A program made the position numbers and the translations under genes. Under the pieces are notes generated by a model that did not search any database, was not told the DNA's origin, and saw only the letters and a program-made list of their open reading frames with translations. This document shows positions 20,401 through 31,140 of a DNA stretch of 64,000 bases, one piece after another. The DNA lies in assembly GCA_963708135.1 (NCBI GenBank), contig OY970192.1, forward strand, positions 2,784,001-2,848,000, written 5' to 3'. The stretch comes from an uncultured Gemmatimonadales bacterium (GTDB taxonomy: Bacteria > Gemmatimonadota > Gemmatimonadetes > Longimicrobiales > RSA9). The first letter of the stretch is position 1; every line of letters starts with the position of its first letter.

Positions 20401-20687
20401 ATGAGAACCCCTCTGCACTGGGGATCGTGGTCCCTTTTCCGGGCGGCCCCCATCGGACCGCCCCGCTGGACAACCATACGGGGATGGTGCCACAGGAGTT
20501 TCAGGGCGCGGCCGTCCGCGCCGGCGCGGACGCCCCCTTGTTCCGCGTTCGGGCGGGCGGCATCTTCGAGTCGCTCCCAACGGGAATCCCAGATGAATCC
20601 ATCCAGGCACCGCCCGGAGCTGAAGCGGCGTCGCGCCGGCGCGGTCGCCGCGCCGCTGGCCGCATCGTGCGGGAAGGCGACGTCGCA

Positions 20688-22445
20688 ATGAGTGGTTCCG
20701 GCTCCGTGCTCGACCGCCTGTTCCATGAGATCCACCGCCGCCGGCTGCTGCAGGCGGCGGGCGCGTACGCCATCGTGTGCTGGTTCCTGGTGCAGACGGC
20801 GGCCGCGGCGCTGCCGATCCTGGGCGCGCCGGACTGGGCCGCGCGGGCGATGCTGGCGCTGGTGCTCCTCGGGCTGCCGGTGGTGCTGGGCGTGGCATGG
20901 CTGGTGGCGGGCGGGGAGCCGGATGAGGGGCCGGAGCGGAGGCGGCCGGGATGGAGCATCGCGGTCACGGGATCGCTCCTCGTGCTGCTCGTGCTCGGCG
21001 CCGGAGCGCGGATCTTCCGCGCGCGAGCGGATCTCGCGACGCGCGAGCGGGAGGCGCTCACCCGCGGCGCGGCGGCGCCTCCGTCGCCACGCACGATCGC
21101 CGTGCTGCCGCTCGAGACGCTGAGCCCCGACCGGCGAGATGCCTACTTCAGCGACGGCATCACGGTCGAGATCATGAACGCGGTGGCGCAGGTGCCGGGG
21201 CTGACGCTCGTGGCGCGCAGCTCGGCGTTCGCGTTCCGCGGGCGCACGGACGACCTGCGCGACGTGCGCACCAAGCTCGGCGCCGGCAGCGTGCTCGAGG
21301 GGAGCGTGCGGCGCGCCGGGCAGCGCGTACGGATCGACCTGGCGCTGGTCGACACCGGCACCGGCAGGGAGATCTGGCGGCAGAGCTACGATCAGGGGCT
21401 GGGCGACATCTTCGCGCTGGAGGATGAGATCGCGCACGACGTGGCGACGGCGCTGGAGGTCAAGCTCACGGGCGCGCCGCCCCGCGCCGCCACCGCGAAC
21501 GTGCCCGCGCACGACCTCTACCTGCTCGGGCTCTACCACTGGAACCGGCGCACGGGGCCGGAGATCCGGCAGGCGATCGACTACTTCAAGCGCGCGGCGC
21601 AAGCCGACCCGTCCTTCGCGCGCGCTTACGCTGGCCTCGCCTCGGCGTACGTGCTGCTCCCGCTCTACGCCGATGTGCCGGGCGAGGAGGCGTACCCCCG
21701 CGCCCGCGCCGCGGCCGAACAGGCGCTCGCCCTCGACAGCACGCTGGCCGAGGCGCATACCGCGCTGGCCAGCGTTCGCATGATCTACGGCTGGGATTGG
21801 AAGGGCGCCGACGAGGAGTTCCGCCGCGCGATCGCGCTCGATCCCTCCTACGCCACCGCGCACGAGTGGCGCGCGCAGCTGCTGGATGAGCTTGGGCGTC
21901 CCGATTCCGCCGCAGCGGAATACGAGCGCGCGCGAACGGCGGACCCGATGTCCGCGATCATCATGGTGGCCGCCGCGCTGCACGAAGCGCTCGTCGGCCG
22001 GCCGCGGGCCGCGGCCGCGGGCTACCGCCAGGCACTCGAGCGCGAGCCGGGGCTGCCGCTCGCCCTGGGGTTCCTGGCCCAGGCGGAAGCGCTCGCGGGC
22101 CGGCCCGACAGCGCGCGGGCGGCGCAGCGGCGTTGGGCCGCCGCGGTGCAGGTCGACCCCGCCCAGGCGGAGTCGCTCGTGCGCGGACTGTCCGACCCCA
22201 GCGCGCGAGCCGCCGGGCTCGCGGCGCTCTCCGACACCGCCCTGCAGCGGACGCTCAAGCCGTATCAGCTGGCCACCTGGGCCGCGATGCTCGGGGACTC
22301 GGCGGTGGCACTCGACTGGCTCGAGCGTGCGGCGGCCAACCACGATTACCTTCTCTTCGCGGTGAGGGAGGATCCTCTCCTGCGCCCGCTCCACGGCACG
22401 CCGCGCTTCGACGCCCTGCTCGCGCGCCTCGACCTCCCAAGATGA
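20688..22445 (+). CDS. Membrane protein with TolB-N-like domain and TPR repeats
   Basis: Three TMs; IAVLPLE..YFSDGITVEI..SSAFAF..VLEGSVRR; TPR repeats. Confidence 0.88.
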   Translation: MSGSGSVLDRLFHEIHRRRLLQAAGAYAIVCWFLVQTAAAALPILGAPDWAARAMLALVLLGLPVVLGVAWLVAGGEPDEGPERRRPGWSIAVTGSLLVLLVLGAGARIFRARADLATREREALTRGAAAPPSPRTIAVLPLETLSPDRRDAYFSDGITVEIMNAVAQVPGLTLVARSSAFAFRGRTDDLRDVRTKLGAGSVLEGSVRRAGQRVRIDLALVDTGTGREIWRQSYDQGLGDIFALEDEIAHDVATALEVKLTGAPPRAATANVPAHDLYLLGLYHWNRRTGPEIRQAIDYFKRAAQADPSFARAYAGLASAYVLLPLYADVPGEEAYPRARAAAEQALALDSTLAEAHTALASVRMIYGWDWKGADEEFRRAIALDPSYATAHEWRAQLLDELGRPDSAAAEYERARTADPMSAIIMVAAALHEALVGRPRAAAAGYRQALEREPGLPLALGFLAQAEALAGRPDSARAAQRRWAAAVQVDPAQAESLVRGLSDPSARAAGLAALSDTALQRTLKPYQLATWAAMLGDSAVALDWLERAAANHDYLLFAVREDPLLRPLHGTPRFDALLARLDLPR

Positions 22446-22540
22446 GGCCGCGGCCGCGAGGCACCTCCGCGCCCGAGGCGGCGGCGCGGACCGGGCGGCG
22501 CACGCCGCCCGCACCCACTCTCGAACCCGGAGGACCGAAC

Positions 22541-23053
22541 ATGCGACGCCCACCCCTGATCCTCGCCACCGCCGTCCTCCTCGCCGCGGGCTGCGGGCCG
22601 CAAGCCGGGCAGCAGGCCGGGAGCCCGGCCGACAGCGCCTCCGCGGCGAACCCCGGGGCGATCGCGGACTCGATCCGCTCGCTCGACCAGCAGTGGTCGG
22701 ACGCCGCTGGCCGGCACGATGCGCAGGCGTTCGCGGCGTTCTACGCCTCGGACGGGATGATCATGCCGCCCAACATGGAGGCCGCCTCCGGCAGCGACGC
22801 CATCCAGAAGCTGATGGGAGGGATGCTCGCGGACACTTCGATGACGCTGTCGTTCCAGCCGGCCGACGTGAACGTCGCGAAGGCCGGCGACATGGCGTGG
22901 GAGCACGGCACGTGGGCCTTCAAGGGCGGGTCCGGCCAGCAGCTGGACCACGGCAAGTACGTCGTGGTCTGGAAGCGCGGCGCCGACGGGTCGTGGAAGG
23001 CGGCCGCGGACATCTTCAACTCCAACGTGCAGGCGCGGGCGGCGAAGAAGTAG
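22541..23053 (+). CDS. DUF4440/SnoaL-like (NTF2-fold) lipoprotein
   Basis: GGAGGA RBS; lipobox LAAGC; GDMAWEHG, GKYVVVWKR..DGSWK. Confidence 0.85.
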   Translation: MRRPPLILATAVLLAAGCGPQAGQQAGSPADSASAANPGAIADSIRSLDQQWSDAAGRHDAQAFAAFYASDGMIMPPNMEAASGSDAIQKLMGGMLADTSMTLSFQPADVNVAKAGDMAWEHGTWAFKGGSGQQLDHGKYVVVWKRGADGSWKAAADIFNSNVQARAAKK

Positions 23054-23325
23054 TCCTTCGGCGTCACGACGCGCGGGAGGGCGCCGGCGGCCTGCGCTCG
23101 CCGGCGCCCTCTGCGCGAGAGTGGGAGAGTGGGCGCCGGGCGCGGTGCCGGAACTCACCGCGCCAGGAAGGCATGCGCGGCGCCTCAGGCGCTACGAGCC
23201 GGGCGAGCATGCGCGGCGCCGGAATGGTCTCCGCGCCTGGCCAGGTCACGGGCCGCCGGCGCTAGCCGCATCCCCCACTCTCCCACTCCCCCACTCTCGA
23301 ACACCGGCGGGAAGAGCCGCCGGAA

Positions 23326-26300
23326 CTACCGGATCCCCGCCGCCGTGTTCGGCTCCGGTTCGTGCCACAGCAGCGCGGGCAGCTTCCGCTGCCGCGGCCA
23401 GACCTCGTCCAGCGTGTCGCCGTCGTAGAGGCGGCCGTTCTTCATGACGTAGTGGATCGAGTCGGTGTTGTGGATGTCGTCGAGCGGGTTCTTGTCGAGC
23501 ACGAGCAGGTCGGCCAGCTTGCCGGGCTCGAGGGAGCCGACGTCGCGGTCGAGGCCGATCGCCCACGCGCCCGACATGGTCGCGCTGCGGAGCACCTGCA
23601 TCGGCGTCATCCCGCCCGTCGCCATCATCCACATCTCCCAGTGCATGCCGAGCCCCTGGAGCTGGCCGTGGCTGCCGGTGCCGACCCTGCCGCCGGCGTC
23701 CACCACGTCCTTCGCGAACTTCGCGTGCATCGGGAAGACGTACTCGTCCTTCATGAACCAGCCGCCGGGCCCGGGCGAGCCGCCGCTGCCGGAGCCGCGC
23801 CGCCGGGTCTTGGCATCAATGTCCTCGTGCGGCGTGAAGTGGCGCAGCTTGGCGTTGTCGTGCACGTCCGTGTTGGTGTAGAAGTAGTTCTCGCCGAAGG
23901 GCCCGCCGTAGGAGACGATGAGCGTGGGCGAGTTGACCGTGCCCGACTGCGCGAGCAGCTGCACCGCGTCCTTGTACTTCGGCTCGATCGGCAACGCGTG
24001 CTCGACGCCGGCGTAGCCGTCCATGATGTGGGTCATGTCGAGCTTGTAGTCGAGGCCGCCCTCGGTGGTCGGGGACAGGCCCAGCTCCCTGGCGGCCATG
24101 ATCACCCACTGGCGCTGCTCGCGGTTGCCGGTCATGTACATCTTGAGCGTCTTCGTATCGTAGTACTTCGCATAGCGCTCGAGCACGTGCTTCGCGTCGT
24201 CGAGACTCGAGATCATCTCGGACTGGAACACGCCGGGGCCGGTCGAGTAGATGCGCGGGCCGATCATCTCGCCGTCCGCCACCTTGTCCTCGTAGGTGAG
24301 CACGTCCGTCGTGGCCGTCTGCGGGTCGCGCGTCGTCGTGGTGCCGTAGGCCAGCTCGGCCAGGTACTGCCACGCCTGCGAGCTGTGGATCTCCGGGATC
24401 AGCCACTGCGGGTGGTAGTGCGTGTCGACGAAGCCGGGGATGATCGTCTTGCCGGCGACGTCGATGACCTTCGCGCTGGCCGGGACGGTGACCGAGCCGC
24501 GCGCTCCGATGGCCTCGATCCGGTTGTCACGGATCACGATGTCGGCGTCGTCGATCACCTCATCACCCTTCATTGTGATCACGCGCGCCCCGCGCAGCAC
24601 CGCCACGCCGCTCGGGATGTCGCGCTGCACCGTGACCCTGATCTCGTGCGACGCCGGCTCGTAGCGCGGCGGCTTCTTCTTCGCGCCCGCGCTGTCCTGG
24701 CTCGGGCCCGCCGGCGCGGCCGCGGCGGCGGCCTTCACGCTGTCATCGAACGCCTTGGCGCGGTCCAGGTCATAGACGAAGTGGGTGTTGCCGATCGACC
24801 AGTGCGCGGTCCGCCCATCCGTGCCCCAGGCCGGGAACTCGCCGCCCACCACGGAGAGCTGCCTGGCGGGGAAGGCGGCCTTCGAGGCGTCGGCGAGCGA
24901 GATCGTCGGCGTCTCGCCGCCGATCATCGGCACCGTGATCGAGTACAGCTCGTGGTCGAGCAGCACCAGCGCCTGGTCGCCCTTCGGCGCCAGGATCACC
25001 TCGTCCGCCAGCATCGGCTGCTTCGAGCCCGGCACCGTCTTCCCCGTCACCTTCACTATCCCGCGCTCGTCCGTGCCGTCCCAGCGGAAGGAGACCAGCC
25101 CGTCGCGGGGAGAGTAGGCGTAGATGCGGTCCGGGTCGCTCGTGAAGTGAGGGTCCCCGCGCCCCGCCGCGGGCGCGATCACGCTCACCTCGCCCCCCGC
25201 GGCCGGCACCCAGATGAAGCTGGCGCCGAGTCCGCCGCGGAAGGAGCCGATCGCGTCGTGCAACTCGCGCGCGGCGACGCGCACGCCCACGATCCGCCGG
25301 CCGTCCGGCGACCAGGCGATCTCGCGGTACAGCGCGCCCTCGGGGGTCAGCTTCTGCGGCGTGCCGCCGCCCGCCGCCACCTTCCAGATGTAGCCCGCAT
25401 CGCGGTCGGACCACGAGACGTAGGCGATCTGCCTGCCGTCGGGCGACCACGCCGGCTGCGCCTCGACCACGCCGGTCCCCGTGCTCGTGAGGCGGCGGGG
25501 CGTGCCGTCCGGGTAGTCCATGACGTAGAGCTTGTCCATGGACGCGAACGCCAGCCGCTTGCCGTCGGGCGAGGGGACGGCGTCGCGGATCTGATGGGCG
25601 GTGAACGTGGGCGCCGTGTCGACCCGGTACTCGAAGTGGGAAAGCGGGCCCATCGCCACGGCCACGTCCGCCGTGAACGGGATCTTCACGGGCGCGTTGC
25701 CGTCCACCGGGATCTTCCACAGCTCGCCGCCGTAGGACGCCACCACGAACTTGCCGTCGGGCGTGAAGCTCATGCCGGGCAGCACGTCGAGCGGCGCCAC
25801 GGACTCCTGGTCATCGCGCTGGACGGGGTAGGCGAGCCAGCTCTCCTTCCCCGTCTCCTGGTCGCGCAGGATGAGACCGGTCTTCGCGTCCAGCCGCGTG
25901 CCGTAGACCATCCACCGGCCGTCCGGCGAGAGGGTGGGCCGGAGCGCCGAGCCGACCCGGTCCGTCATCACCGTCCGCTTCCCCGTGCGCCGGTCGTAGA
26001 CCGCGATCTCGTATTGCGGGTAGATCGCGTTGTACGCCCAGTCCCCCTCCCGCTCCGCGAACCAGATGTAGCGCGGGTCGCTGCCGAACGCCGCGCCCAG
26101 CGTCTTCAGGTTGTCCGGCTCCTTGATCAGCTGCGCGCCCGCGCCGCCATCCCTGTGGAACATCCAGAGCTGCGCGATGCGTGTGCCCTTCGAGGCGACG
26201 ATGTACTCACCGTCCGGCGTCCACTCCGGCGACACGTAGTCGAAATCCTTCCCGTGCGTCACCTGGACCGTGTCCTTCCCGTCCAGCGACATCGTCCAGA

Positions 26301-26682
26301 TGTTGTTGCCGCCGTCCCGGTCGGAGACGAACACGAGCGTCCTGCCATCGGGGCTGAAGCGCGGCTGCGCGTCGTAGGGCAGACCGCTCGTCAGCCGCGT
26401 CGCCTTGCCGCCCGCGATCGGCACCGTATAGAGGTCGCCAAGCAGGTCGAACACCACCGTCTGCCCGTCCGGCGAGACGTCCACCGACATCCACGTGCCC
26501 TGGTCCGTCGTGAAGGAGATGGTGCGCGCCGCCTCGAGCGGCAGCCCCTTCTTCTCCTTTTTCGCCGTGTCCTGCGCAGCCTTCTCCGCGCCGCCCTGCT
26601 GCCACGCCGCGACCGGCACGGGCGCCGCCAGGGCGAGGAGCAGGGCGAGCACCGGCAGGGCCGGGCGTTGAATCACGCGCAT
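23326..26682 (-). CDS. Secreted amidohydrolase with PD40/TolB beta-propellers
   Basis: Signal peptide; SPDG repeats; PGFVDTHYH; GSLEPGKLADL. Confidence 0.9.
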   Translation of the reverse strand: MRVIQRPALPVLALLLALAAPVPVAAWQQGGAEKAAQDTAKKEKKGLPLEAARTISFTTDQGTWMSVDVSPDGQTVVFDLLGDLYTVPIAGGKATRLTSGLPYDAQPRFSPDGRTLVFVSDRDGGNNIWTMSLDGKDTVQVTHGKDFDYVSPEWTPDGEYIVASKGTRIAQLWMFHRDGGAGAQLIKEPDNLKTLGAAFGSDPRYIWFAEREGDWAYNAIYPQYEIAVYDRRTGKRTVMTDRVGSALRPTLSPDGRWMVYGTRLDAKTGLILRDQETGKESWLAYPVQRDDQESVAPLDVLPGMSFTPDGKFVVASYGGELWKIPVDGNAPVKIPFTADVAVAMGPLSHFEYRVDTAPTFTAHQIRDAVPSPDGKRLAFASMDKLYVMDYPDGTPRRLTSTGTGVVEAQPAWSPDGRQIAYVSWSDRDAGYIWKVAAGGGTPQKLTPEGALYREIAWSPDGRRIVGVRVAARELHDAIGSFRGGLGASFIWVPAAGGEVSVIAPAAGRGDPHFTSDPDRIYAYSPRDGLVSFRWDGTDERGIVKVTGKTVPGSKQPMLADEVILAPKGDQALVLLDHELYSITVPMIGGETPTISLADASKAAFPARQLSVVGGEFPAWGTDGRTAHWSIGNTHFVYDLDRAKAFDDSVKAAAAAAPAGPSQDSAGAKKKPPRYEPASHEIRVTVQRDIPSGVAVLRGARVITMKGDEVIDDADIVIRDNRIEAIGARGSVTVPASAKVIDVAGKTIIPGFVDTHYHPQWLIPEIHSSQAWQYLAELAYGTTTTRDPQTATTDVLTYEDKVADGEMIGPRIYSTGPGVFQSEMISSLDDAKHVLERYAKYYDTKTLKMYMTGNREQRQWVIMAARELGLSPTTEGGLDYKLDMTHIMDGYAGVEHALPIEPKYKDAVQLLAQSGTVNSPTLIVSYGGPFGENYFYTNTDVHDNAKLRHFTPHEDIDAKTRRRGSGSGGSPGPGGWFMKDEYVFPMHAKFAKDVVDAGGRVGTGSHGQLQGLGMHWEMWMMATGGMTPMQVLRSATMSGAWAIGLDRDVGSLEPGKLADLLVLDKNPLDDIHNTDSIHYVMKNGRLYDGDTLDEVWPRQRKLPALLWHEPEPNTAAGIR

Positions 26683-26827
26683 GGGTCTCTCCGGGTTGGG
26701 GAAGCGCCGGACCGCGGCGGCGCGGCGCGGCGACGGGGCGCCGCGCACAGGGGATCGTGTTCGGAATGTCGGGTCGGGAAGCCCCAAATTGAGCGGAGCC
26801 GTCCGGCTTGGCAACCATGTCGACGGC

Positions 26828-28618
26828 TCAGTAGCCGGCCACGCTGCTGTCCGGGTCGCGCGGGTCGGCGGCGCCGATGCGCGCGCCGGTGGCGGGGTCG
26901 ATCGCGATGCAGTCGGCCACGCCCTGCCGTCCGCCGACCTCGACGGCGTGCCCCATCCGCCGCAGCTCGGCCACGGTCGCGGCGGGGACGGCGCCGTCCT
27001 CGAGATGGATGACGTCCGGCAGCCACTGGTGGTGCATGCGCCCGGCGTCCACCGCCTGCTGGATCGGCATGCCGAAGTCTATGAGGTTCAGCATCACCTC
27101 GAGCACGGTGTTGATGATGGTGCGGCCGCCGGGGCTGCCGACCACGGCCACGAGCCTGCCGTCGCGGGCGATGATCGAGGGCGACATGCTGGACAGCATC
27201 CGCTGCTCGGGCCGGGCGAGGTTCGGATCGGTGCCGATGAGCCCGTCGGCCGTGGTCAGGCCCGGCTTGCCGTTGAAGTCGCCCATCTCGTTGTTCAAGA
27301 GGAAGCCCGCGCCGTCCACGGTGATCTTCGAGCCGTAACCCTGCTCGAGCGTGTAGGTCACGGACACCGCCATGCCCTCGGCGTCGACCACCGAGTAGTG
27401 CGTCGTCTCCAGGCTCTCGTGGTCCGCGGCGACGTCGGCCGGCTGCGACCGCGTCGCGTGCTCCGCGTCGATCGTCTTCCGCAGCTCCGCCGCGTACGCC
27501 TTGCTCGTCAGCCGCTCGATCGGGACCGTCGCGAAGTCCACGTCGCCGACGAGCGCCGCGCGGTCCCGGAACGCGCGCCGCATCGCCTCCGTCAGCAGGT
27601 GCAGGTAGCCCGCCGAATTCGCCCCGAGGGATTTCAGATCGTAGCCCTCGAGGATGTTCAGCATCTCCACGATTGCGATCCCGCCGCTCGACGGCGGCGG
27701 CATCGAGATGATGTCGTAGCCGCGGTAGGTGCCCCGGATCGGCGCGCGCTCCACGGCCTGGTAGCGGGCCAGGTCCTCCTCCGTGATCAGCCCTCCGTCG
27801 CGCCGCATCTCCGCCGTCACGAGCCGCGCCGTCTCGCCGCGATAGAAGCCGTCCCGCCCGCCGTGCTCGATCCGCTCCAGCGTGGCCGCGAGCGCAGGCT
27901 GCCGGAAGCGCTCCCCCGCGCCGTACGGCGCGCCGTCCCGCGAGAACGTGCGTACGCTGGCCGGATGGTCCTTCATGGCCCGGACCCCATACTCGAGCGA
28001 GCGCGCGAGCGACGACGTGAGCGGGAACCCATCGCGCGCCAGCTTCACCGCAGGCCGCACGAGCGCCGCCCACTTCGAGCGGCCGTACCTGCCGCTCGCC
28101 AGCGCGAACCCCGCCACCGTCCCGGGCACGCCCACCGACAGCGCGCTCCCGTGGTGGAGCCGGTACGAGTACTCGCCCGCCGAGTCCGTGAACATCGTCG
28201 GCCGCGCCGCCAGCGGCGCCTTCTCCCGGAAGTCGATCGTCGTCGCGCGCCCATCCGGTAAGCGGATCACCATGAACCCGCCGCCCCCGATGTTGCCCGC
28301 GCTCGGGTGCGTCACGGCCAGCGCGAACCCCGTCGCGACGGCCGCGTCCACCGCGTTGCCCCCGGCCCGCAGCACGTCCACGCCCACACGGCTGGCCAGC
28401 GGGTAAGCCGACACGACCATCCCGTGCGCCGCGCGCGTGCCTCCCGCTGCCGGACCTCCCACTGCCGGGCCCTGTCCCAACGCCGGCGCGCCGCCGGCGG
28501 CCAGGAGCGCACCCGTCAGGAGCAGCGTGCGCAGCGGGGCGGGGCGGACGGGGGCGGCACGGCCCACTGCACCATCGGCGGCGGAGCGCCGGCGGGACAC
28601 GGCGAGGATCTCCGGCAT
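26828..28618 (-). CDS. ggt: Gamma-glutamyltransferase (start uncertain)
   Basis: GGNAVDAAVA, IDFREKAP, ETTHYSVVD nucleophile, LNNEMGDF, LSSMSP, GSPGG. Confidence 0.93.
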   Translation of the reverse strand: MPEILAVSRRRSAADGAVGRAAPVRPAPLRTLLLTGALLAAGGAPALGQGPAVGGPAAGGTRAAHGMVVSAYPLASRVGVDVLRAGGNAVDAAVATGFALAVTHPSAGNIGGGGFMVIRLPDGRATTIDFREKAPLAARPTMFTDSAGEYSYRLHHGSALSVGVPGTVAGFALASGRYGRSKWAALVRPAVKLARDGFPLTSSLARSLEYGVRAMKDHPASVRTFSRDGAPYGAGERFRQPALAATLERIEHGGRDGFYRGETARLVTAEMRRDGGLITEEDLARYQAVERAPIRGTYRGYDIISMPPPSSGGIAIVEMLNILEGYDLKSLGANSAGYLHLLTEAMRRAFRDRAALVGDVDFATVPIERLTSKAYAAELRKTIDAEHATRSQPADVAADHESLETTHYSVVDAEGMAVSVTYTLEQGYGSKITVDGAGFLLNNEMGDFNGKPGLTTADGLIGTDPNLARPEQRMLSSMSPSIIARDGRLVAVVGSPGGRTIINTVLEVMLNLIDFGMPIQQAVDAGRMHHQWLPDVIHLEDGAVPAATVAELRRMGHAVEVGGRQGVADCIAIDPATGARIGAADPRDPDSSVAGY

Positions 28619-28850
28619 CGGAACCTGTCTCGAGGAGGGAAAGCGGCCGCCCGGCCGGCGGCTCGTTCCCCTAGTGTGCGCCGTCCGGCTCCTGCCGGCA
28701 ACCCCGTCGCCCTCGATCCTCCCGAGCCCCACATGCGTTCTGTACACGGCCTTGCATCCCCCGCCGCGAAGCGCGAGAGTAGGGCGATCCAGCCAAGCCG
28801 GCCTCCATCACGACGCGAAGCGGGGGGCCGCCGATCCGGAACAGGATGAG

Positions 28851-31136
28851 ATGACCGAGACTCCCGAGCGGAGCGCGGGGCGAGCGCGGCTGCTCGCGGC
28901 CGGCGCGCTGGCGCTGCTGGCGTGGGCGGCGGCGCCGCTCCGGGCGCAGGAGAACACGGCGGTGGATGGGGCGAAGTCCGCGCCGCCCGCGCACCTGGGG
29001 CGCTCGGCGCCGGTGGACCCGGAGCGAGCGCCGCGGCCGGAGGTGGTGGCGTCGCCCGCGGGTGCGGAGATGGTGGTCGACGGCCGGCTGGACGAGCCGG
29101 CGTGGGCGGCGGCCGCGCCGGTGGGCGGGTTCGTGCAGCAGTCGCCGCACACGGGCGATCCGGCCAGCGAGCCGACGGTGGTGCGGGTGCTGTACGGCCC
29201 GCACGCGCTCTACATCGGCGCCATCTGCTACCAGTCGTCGCGGCACGACATCATGATCGCGGGACTGGAGCACGATTTCGAGACGGGCGCGGGCGACCTC
29301 TTCGGGGTGACGCTCGACACGTTCCTTGACCGACGCAACTCGTTCCTGTTCCTCGTGAATCCGGGCGGGGCGGTGCACGACGAGCGCACCTTCGACGACA
29401 GCCGGAACGTGATCGGGGCGTGGGACGGGGTGGTGCGCACGAAGGTGACGGTGAGCGACAGCGCGTGGGTGGTGGAGATGGCGATCCCGCTGACGACGCT
29501 GCGTTTCGATCCGGGGCGGGCGAACCAGCGGTGGGGCATCCAGTTCCTGCGGCGGATCCGTCGGGCGAACGAGACGACGTACTGGGCGCCGCTGGACCGG
29601 CAGGACGTGATCCACCGGATGTCGAAGGCGGGCACGCTCGTGGGGCTGCAGGGACTCGTGCAGGGGCGGAACCTGAGGGTGAAGCCGTACGTGCTGGCGC
29701 GGACGTCGAGCGGCGGGGAGGTCCCGGCTGGCGCGGCGGGGCGGAGCGCCGCCGCGGGCGGCGACGTGAAGTACGGCCTGACGCCGGGAATGACGCTGGA
29801 TCTGAGCTACAACACGGACTTCTCGCAGGTCGAGCTGGACCAGGCGCAGGTGAACCTGACGCAGTACTCGCTCTTCTTCCCCGAGCGACGCGAGTTCTTC
29901 ATCGAGAACGCCGGTGACTTCGCCTTCGGCGACGTCTCCGAGCGCAGCTACCGGTTGGGCGCCTCGCCCCACGACTTCACCCTCTTCCACTCGCGGCGCA
30001 TCGGGCTGAACGACGACGGGCGGCCGCTGCCGATCCTCGGCGGCGGGCGCGTGAGCGGGCGGGCGGGGAGGTTCGGCCTCGGGTTCCTCGACATGCGGAC
30101 GCGCGCCAGCGCGGACGGGCCGGCGGAGAACTTCGCCGTGGCGCGCGTGCGGCGGGAGATCCTGGGCGGCTCGGACGTGGGGCTCATGCTGATCGACCGC
30201 GAGGCCACCGGCGAGGCGGCGGGCGGCTACAACCGGAGCTGGGGCGCGGACGCGAACCTGCGGCTGCTCGGCCACATGGTGGTGAACGGCTACGTGGCGG
30301 GGAGCGCGGCCCCCGGCACGCTCTCCGACGGAAGCGCGGAGAAGCTGGGCGTGGCGTGGCGGGACCGGCTGTGGGACGTCTCGAGCCTGGTGAAGCGGGT
30401 CGGCGAGCACTTCGATCCCGGCGTCGGCTTCATCCGCCGCACCGCGATGCGGCAGGTGTACGGCACCGTGGGCGCGCACCCTCGCCCGGCGGCTTCCTGG
30501 GTCCAGGAGCTGAACCCCTACGTCGAGATGGACTACATCACCGGCCTCGACGGCGGCCTCGAGACGCGCAGAGCGACGGCATCGCTCGGCGCCACCTTCA
30601 TGGATGCGTCCTACGCCAGCGTCTCGGTCCGCGACGAGCTCGAGCGCATCGACGAGCCCTTCGAGATCTTCCCCGGCGATACCGTGCCCGTCGGCGAGTT
30701 CACCTTCCGCACCGCGAGCGTCTCCTATTCCTCGAGCAGCGCACGCGCCCTCTCCGCCAGCATCGGCCTGCACGCCGGCGGACTCTACGGCGGCCGGCGC
30801 CGCTCCGCCTCCCTGTCCGCCACCTGGCGGCCGCGCTACAACGTCTATCTCCGCCTCTCAGGCGAGCGGAACGACGTGCACCTGCCGGGCTCCGCGTTCC
30901 GCGCCGACATCGCCGGGGCGACGCTCCGCTACGAGTGGTCCACCCGGCTGCTCGGCAGCGCCTTCGTGCAGTACGACGCCGCCTCCGCCCAGCTCGTCGA
31001 GAGCGCCCGCCTCGACTTCCGCCACGCTCCGCTGAGCGACATCTACCTCGTCTACACCGACCGCCGGGACACGCGCGCCAGCGCCCTGCTCGAGCGCTCC
31101 GTGGCCCTGAAGGTGACGAGGATGGTGGGGTTCTGA
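28851..31136 (+). CDS. DUF5916 / CBM9-like outer-membrane-associated protein
   Basis: Signal peptide; VDGRLDEPAW, NTDFSQVELD, LFFPERREFF, FHSRRIG; terminal Phe. Confidence 0.85.
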   Translation: MTETPERSAGRARLLAAGALALLAWAAAPLRAQENTAVDGAKSAPPAHLGRSAPVDPERAPRPEVVASPAGAEMVVDGRLDEPAWAAAAPVGGFVQQSPHTGDPASEPTVVRVLYGPHALYIGAICYQSSRHDIMIAGLEHDFETGAGDLFGVTLDTFLDRRNSFLFLVNPGGAVHDERTFDDSRNVIGAWDGVVRTKVTVSDSAWVVEMAIPLTTLRFDPGRANQRWGIQFLRRIRRANETTYWAPLDRQDVIHRMSKAGTLVGLQGLVQGRNLRVKPYVLARTSSGGEVPAGAAGRSAAAGGDVKYGLTPGMTLDLSYNTDFSQVELDQAQVNLTQYSLFFPERREFFIENAGDFAFGDVSERSYRLGASPHDFTLFHSRRIGLNDDGRPLPILGGGRVSGRAGRFGLGFLDMRTRASADGPAENFAVARVRREILGGSDVGLMLIDREATGEAAGGYNRSWGADANLRLLGHMVVNGYVAGSAAPGTLSDGSAEKLGVAWRDRLWDVSSLVKRVGEHFDPGVGFIRRTAMRQVYGTVGAHPRPAASWVQELNPYVEMDYITGLDGGLETRRATASLGATFMDASYASVSVRDELERIDEPFEIFPGDTVPVGEFTFRTASVSYSSSSARALSASIGLHAGGLYGGRRRSASLSATWRPRYNVYLRLSGERNDVHLPGSAFRADIAGATLRYEWSTRLLGSAFVQYDAASAQLVESARLDFRHAPLSDIYLVYTDRRDTRASALLERSVALKVTRMVGF

Positions 31137-31140
31137 GAGC

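Noticed and set aside
23171..23220. Direct repeat as a mini-CRISPR
   Set aside because: Only two 14-bp copies, and no cas genes in the window.
23362..27012. Very long antisense/alternate-frame ORFs (also 12014-13936, 31261-34110, 36544-40032, 41423-43834, 59997-63587)
   Set aside because: Shadow ORFs of high-GC genes; low-complexity Arg/Ala/Gly text with no motifs.
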